NCBI GenBank assembly: GCA_963709345.1
Contig: CAVPVX010000003.1
Coordinates: 60,961-124,960, forward strand
Length of the DNA stretch: 64,000 nt
Origin: an uncultured Actinomycetes bacterium
GTDB lineage: Bacteria > Actinomycetota > Thermoleophilia > UBA2241
Reading direction: 5' to 3'
Below, in pieces: positions 62,237 through 64,000 of the stretch. Numbering within the stretch: the stretch's first letter is position 1; each line of letters begins with the position of its first letter. The notes beneath the pieces were generated by a model, which saw only the letters and a list, made by a program, of their open reading frames with translations, was not told the origin of the DNA and made no database searches. The position numbers and the translations under genes are program-made.

Positions 62237-62290
62237 GAAACCGAGGCGGGCGGTGCGTGGACGGGCGCGGGACCGCCCGGTCGGACCGGC

Positions 62291-63169
62291 TCAGCAGGCC
62301 GCGGCGATCGCCGCGGCGAGACCGGCGGCGGTGTACTCCCGGGCCTCGACGGCCACGACGAGCCCGAGCTCCCGCAGGGTCCCGCTGGTCACGGGGCCTA
62401 TCGAGCACAGGCGGACGCCGGAGAGCCGCTCCGAGAGCGGGCGGGCGGCGGATATCCCGGTCCCGGCAGCAGACCCGCCGCCGGCCTCTTCCATCAGAGC
62501 GGCGAACCGTCGTGCCGTGCTGCTCGAGGTGAAGGTGATGTAGTCGGCCGCCTCGATACGCTCCGCCGGCACGGCGAGCCGCTCAACGGCCACGGTGTCG
62601 TAGATGGGCAGCACGTCGACGAGCGCTCCCCGCGCGCGCAGCGTGTCGGGAAGGACGCTGCGCGCCTCCCGCGCACGGGGGATGAGCACGCGGGCACCGG
62701 CAGGAGCGACGCCGCGCCGCTCGACCGCGTCGAGCAGCCCCTCGGCGATGAAGTCGTCGGGCACGAGAGCGCAGGAGACGCCGTGCGCCTCAAGGGCGGC
62801 GGCCGTCGCCGGGCCGATGGCGGCCACGGCCGCGCCGGCAAGCGGCGAACCCGAGGGGCCCTCGGGACGCTGAGCGACGGCCTTCCCGGCTGCCGCCCGC
62901 TCCAGATAGCCGGCGAAGACGCGCACCGCGTTGGCGCTCGTGAACACGATGAGCCGGTAGTCCTTCAGGGAGCCGATCACGGCCGCGACCTCGTCATCGA
63001 AGGGTCGCGGCACGATGCGGATGGTCGGGACTTCCAGTACGGTGGCGCCGAGTTCCTCGAGCGGCCCCACCAGCGACGCCGCCTGCGCGCGCGGTCGCGT
63101 GACCACGACGGTCCGCCCGGCGAGCGGGCCGCGAGCCCCCGCGTGCGGTTGAGCGTCCGAGCCGCTCAC
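62291..63169 (-). CDS. hemD: Uroporphyrinogen-III synthase
   Basis: VVVTRP, FTSANAV, AIGPATA, AEGL, FTSSST, SIGPVT. Confidence 0.93.
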   Translation of the reverse strand: MSGSDAQPHAGARGPLAGRTVVVTRPRAQAASLVGPLEELGATVLEVPTIRIVPRPFDDEVAAVIGSLKDYRLIVFTSANAVRVFAGYLERAAAGKAVAQRPEGPSGSPLAGAAVAAIGPATAAALEAHGVSCALVPDDFIAEGLLDAVERRGVAPAGARVLIPRAREARSVLPDTLRARGALVDVLPIYDTVAVERLAVPAERIEAADYITFTSSSTARRFAALMEEAGGGSAAGTGISAARPLSERLSGVRLCSIGPVTSGTLRELGLVVAVEAREYTAAGLAAAIAAAC

Positions 63170-64000
63170 GGCGAGCGGATCTCGCTCAGGATGTCGCCGG
63201 CGCCGCGCTCGAGCAGCTCGGCGGCGAGAAGGGTGCCGAGGCCTTCCGGGTCGTCGGCCGGACGGACGCGTTCGCAGCGCACCATCCGGACGCCGTCGAG
63301 CGAGCCCACGCAGGCACGCAGCGCAAGGACGCCGGCAGCGCGCTCCCCCCCGACGCGCCAGTCGGCGTGTGCGGCGATCGGCACCTGGCAGCCGCCCTCG
63401 AGCGAGCCGAGCAGGGCGCGCTCGGCGGAGACCGCCAGCGCCGTCGGCCGGTGATCGAGCGCCGCGCGCAGTTCCGCCACGCGCGGGTGGTCGGGGCGCG
63501 CCTCGACGGCGAGCGCGCCCTGGCCGACGGCCGGCAGCATCTGGTCGAAGGTGAAGGCGAAGGCGGCGGCGTCCGCCCGCCCCAGGCGGGCCAGCCCCGC
63601 CGCCGCGAGGATAGTGCCGGCCATACCCTCGTCGACGACCTTGCGCAGCCGGGTCTCGACGTTGCCGCGGATGTCCACGACCTCGATGTCCGGACGCAGC
63701 GCCAGCAGCTGCGAGCGGCGCCGCAGACTCGAGCTGCCGACACGCGCGCCGCGCGGCACGTCTTCGAGCGTGAAGGCGGGGCCCGCGGCCGGATCCTTCC
63801 CGGCGCGGCCGGCCAGCAGTTCGGGGCTCGCGACGAACACGTCGTGGACGTCCTCCCGCTCGCTGAAGGCGATGATGGCGAGGCCGTCGGGGATCTGCGT
63901 CGGCATGTCCTTGGCCGAGTGCACGGCGAGGTCGACGCGACCCTCCAGCAGCGCCGTCTCCAGCTCCTTGACGAAGAGCCCCTTGTCACCGAGCTGGGCG
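63166..64000 (-). CDS. hemC: Hydroxymethylbilane synthase (5' end outside window)
   Basis: KGLFVKELE, VHSAKD, GSSSLRR, IRGNVETR, PAVGQGAL, LEGGCQVP. Confidence 0.96.
   Translation of the reverse strand, partial: AQLGDKGLFVKELETALLEGRVDLAVHSAKDMPTQIPDGLAIIAFSEREDVHDVFVASPELLAGRAGKDPAAGPAFTLEDVPRGARVGSSSLRRRSQLLALRPDIEVVDIRGNVETRLRKVVDEGMAGTILAAAGLARLGRADAAAFAFTFDQMLPAVGQGALAVEARPDHPRVAELRAALDHRPTALAVSAERALLGSLEGGCQVPIAAHADWRVGGERAAGVLALRACVGSLDGVRMVRCERVRPADDPEGLGTLLAAELLERGAGDILSEIRSP

Overview
High-GC (about 70% by eye) bacterial chromosome segment. Gene order and the frequent leaderless starts suggest a deep-branching actinobacterium such as Thermoleophilia (inference). Most genes lie on the minus strand. 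The housekeeping backbone, in transcription order, is hemC-hemD, DUF62, rplM-rpsI, glmM, glmS ribozyme-glmS, acpS-nnr-CBS-alr-CCA/HD-mutM, UDG-tsaE-tsaB-rimI-tsaD, CIRCE-groES-groEL, tRNA-fMet, tilS-hpt-ftsH-folE-folP-folB-folK-nadB-nadC-coaX. Four accessory blocks interrupt it. (1) A ~20 kb anaerobic catabolic cluster combines a methyl-THF/corrinoid methyltransferase, DmpA peptidase, Opp-type ABC transporter, non-pyrrolysine MttB methyltransferase, C45 Ntn-hydrolase, D-aminoacylase, PucR regulator, a cytoplasmic beta-lactamase-fold hydrolase, alanine dehydrogenase and an AOR. (2) A translationally coupled DUF2520(panG-like)-panC-yjbQ-[HPS::RraA fusion] operon has no panB. (3) A sulfide:quinone reductase with a 38-aa partner ORF sits between rpsI and glmM. 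(4) A ThDP enzyme-APC permease-membrane protein unit sits between tsaD and groES. I found no CRISPR array, prophage or IS element. Clusters of single-base insertions (~14.2 kb, 31.5-33.2 kb) look like long-read errors. All assignments come from motif recognition, not database searches.
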